64,000 nucleotides of DNA from Mobula hypostoma (lineage: Eukaryota). Below the pieces are notes generated by a model. The model did not search any database. It had not been told where the DNA came from and saw nothing but the letters and a program-made list of their open reading frames with translations. The translations under genes and the position numbers were made by a program. The stretch is taken from contig NC_086108.1 of NCBI RefSeq assembly GCF_963921235.1, positions 10,230,001-10,294,000 of the forward strand, written 5' to 3'. Below, one piece after another: positions 61,216 to 64,000 of this stretch; the first letter of the stretch is position 1, and each line of letters opens with the position of its first letter.

Positions 61216-64000
61216 CTGAACCCATCCCCCTCGTAACCCCCAACCTGAACCCATCCCCCTTCGTAACCCCCAACCTGAACCCATACCCCCCTCATAACCC
61301 ATCACCTGAACCCATCCCCCCTCGTAACCCCCAACCTGAACCCATCCCCCCTCGTAACCCACCACCTGAACCCATCCCCCCTCGTAACCCCCAACCTGAA
61401 CCCATCCCCCTCGCAACCCCCAACCTGAACCCATCCCCCCTCGTAACCCCCAACCTGAACCCATCCCTCCTCGTAACCCCCAACCTGAACCCATCCCCCC
61501 TCATAACCCACCACCTGAACCTCTCCCCCCTCGTAACCCCCAACCTGAACCCATCCCCCCCGTAACCCACCACCTGAACCCATCCCCCCTTGTAACCCCC
61601 GACCTGAACCCATCCCCCTCGTAACCCCCAACCTGAACCCATCCCCCCTCGTAACCCACCACCTGAACCCATCCCCCCTCGTAACCCCCAACCTGAACCC
61701 ATCCCGCCTCGTAACCCCCAACCTGAACCCATCCCCCCTCATAACCCACCACCTGAACCCATCCCCCTTCGTAACCCGCCACCTGAACCCATCCCCCCTC
61801 ATAACCCCCAACCTGAACCCATTCCCCTCGTAACCTCCAACCTGAACCCATCCCCCCCGTAACCCCCAACCTGAACCCATCCCCCCTCGTAGCGCACCAC
61901 CTGAACCCCTCCCCCCTCATAACCCACCCCCTGAACCCATTCCCCCTTGTAACCCCCAACCTGAACCCATCCCCCCTCGTAACCCCCAACCTGAACCCAT
62001 CCTCCCTCGTAACCCCCAACCTAAACCCCTCCCCCCTCGTAACCCCAACCAGAACCCTTCCCCCTCGTAGCCCCCAAGCTGAATCCCTCACCCCTCGTCA
62101 CCCCCAACCTGAACCCATCCCCCCTCGTAACCCATCTGAACCCATCCCCCCTCGTAACCCCCAACCTGAACCCATCCCCCCTCGTAACCCGCCATCTGAA
62201 CCCATCCCCCCTCATAACCCCCAACCTGAACCCATCCTCCCTCGTCACCCCCAACCTGAACCCATCCCCCCTCGTAACCCCCAACCTGAACCAACCCCCC
62301 TCATAACCCCCAACCTGAACCCATCCCCCCTCGTAACCTGTAACCTGAACCCATCCCCCCTTGTCACCCCCAACCTGAACCCCTCCCCCCTCATAACCCG
62401 TCACCTGAACCCATCCCCCCTCGTAACCCGTCACCTGAACCCATCCTCCCTCATAACCCCAACCTGAACCCATCCCCCCTCATAACCCCCCACCTGAACC
62501 CATTCCCCCTCGTAACCCATCACCTGAACCCATCCCCTCGTAACCACCAACCTGAACCCATCACCCCTTGTACCCCACCACCTGAATCTATACCCCCTTG
62601 TAACCCATCACCTGAACTCATCCTCCCGTGACCCCCACCTGAACCCATTCCCCCTCGTAACCCATCACTTGAACACATCCCCCCTCGTAACCCAGCACCT
62701 GAACCCATCCTCCCTCGTAACCCACCACCTGAACCCCTCCCCCCTCATAACCCATCACCTGAACCCATCCCCCCTCGTAACCCCCAACCTTTACCCATCC
62801 CCCCGTACCCCACCGCCTGAACCCCTCCCCCTCGTAACCCATCACCTGAACCCATCCCCCCTCGTAACCCATCAGCTGAACCCATCCCCCCCGTAACCCC
62901 CGCCTGAACCAATCCCCCCTCGTAACCCGCCACCTGAACCCATCCCCCCTCGTAACCCGTCACCTGAACCCATCCCTCTTCATCAACCCCAACCTGAACC
63001 CATCCCCCCTCGTAACCCATAACCTGAATCCATCCCCCCTCGCCACCCCCAACCTGAACCCCCCTCGTAACCCGTCACCTGAACCCATCCCCCCCTCGTA
63101 ACCCGTCACCTGAACCCATCCTCCCTCATAACCCCAACCTGAACCCATCCCCCCTCATAACCCCCCACCTGAACCCATTCCCCCTCGTAACCCATCACCT
63201 GAACCCATCCCCCCTCGTAACCACCAACCTGAACCCATCACCCCTTGTACCCCACCACCTGAATCTATACCCCCTTGTAACCCATCACCTGAACTCATCC
63301 TCCCGTGACCCCCACCTGAACCCATTCCCCCTCGTAACCCATCACTTGAACACATCCCCCCTCGTAACCCAGCACCTGAACCCATCCTCCCTTGTAACCC
63401 ACCACCTGAACCCCTCCCCCCTCATAACCCATCACCTGAACCCATCCCCCCTCGTAACCCCCAACCTTTACCCATCCCCCCGTACCCCACCGCCTGAACC
63501 CCTCCCCCTCGTAACCCATCACCTGAACCCATCCCCCCTCGTAACCCATCAGCTGAACCCATCCCCCCCGTAACCCCCGCCTGAACCAATCCCCCCTCGT
63601 AACCCGCCACCTGAACCCATCCCCCCTCGTAACCCGTCACCTGAACCCATCCCTCTTCATCAACCCCAACCTGAACCCATCCCCCCTCGTAACCCATAAC
63701 CTGAATCCATCCCCCCTCGCCACCCCCAACCTGAACCCCTCTCGTAACCCGTCACCTGAACCCATCCCCCCTCGTAACCCGTCACCTGAACCCATCCTGC
63801 CTCGTAACCCCCAACCTGAACCCAACCCCCCTCGTAACTCCCCACCTGAACCCATTCCCCCTTGTAACCCATCACCTGAACCCATCCCCTCGTAACCCCC
63901 ACCTGGACCCATCCCCCCTCGTAACCCATCACCTGAACCCATCCCCCCTCGTAACCCGCCATTTGAACCCATCCCCCCTCGTAACCTGTCACCTGAACCC
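61212..64000. repeat. 30-bp C-rich/G-rich satellite (CCCCAACCTGAACCCATCCCCCCTCGTAAC), running off the window
   Basis: 29-30-bp periodicity; 677-bp higher-order duplication. Confidence 0.98.

Noticed and set aside
61212..64000. Telomere or subtelomere at the right end of the window
   Set aside because: Not TTAGGG arrays, and the G-rich strand points leftwards, opposite to a telomere on the right. The Gly-rich ORFs are repeat translations broken by G-run indels.

Overview
Eukaryotic, repeat-saturated genomic DNA with no host protein-coding exon that I can recognise. The repeat families (CR1 LINEs with short-repeat tails, Rex1/Babar-type LINEs, Penelope-like elements, HE1-like V-SINEs, CORE/RTE-tailed SINEs) point to a cartilaginous fish, probably a ray (inference). 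The largest elements are: a near full-length CR1 with an open esterase ORF1 (24.8-29.2 kb); a complete but decayed Sushi-like chromodomain Ty3/gypsy element with both LTRs and an ATAGC target-site duplication (30.8-36.0 kb); three adjacent Tx1-type L1 pieces (54.3-61.2 kb); a 31-bp satellite split by a CR1 (2.7-6.8 kb); and a G-rich 30-bp satellite with a 677-bp higher-order duplication (61.2-64 kb). The most unusual signals are that the 30-bp satellite appears to have grown out of the Tx1 ORF1, a young 292-bp TG...CA element with 30-bp terminal inverted repeats and a 5-bp TSD, decayed hammerhead-ribozyme motifs in the Penelope termini, an internal L1 RT segment carrying its own A-tail, and an RNase H-for-integrase segment swap in the gypsy element. 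I found no convincing new multi-gene system. All calls are by eye, and boundaries of degraded repeats are approximate.
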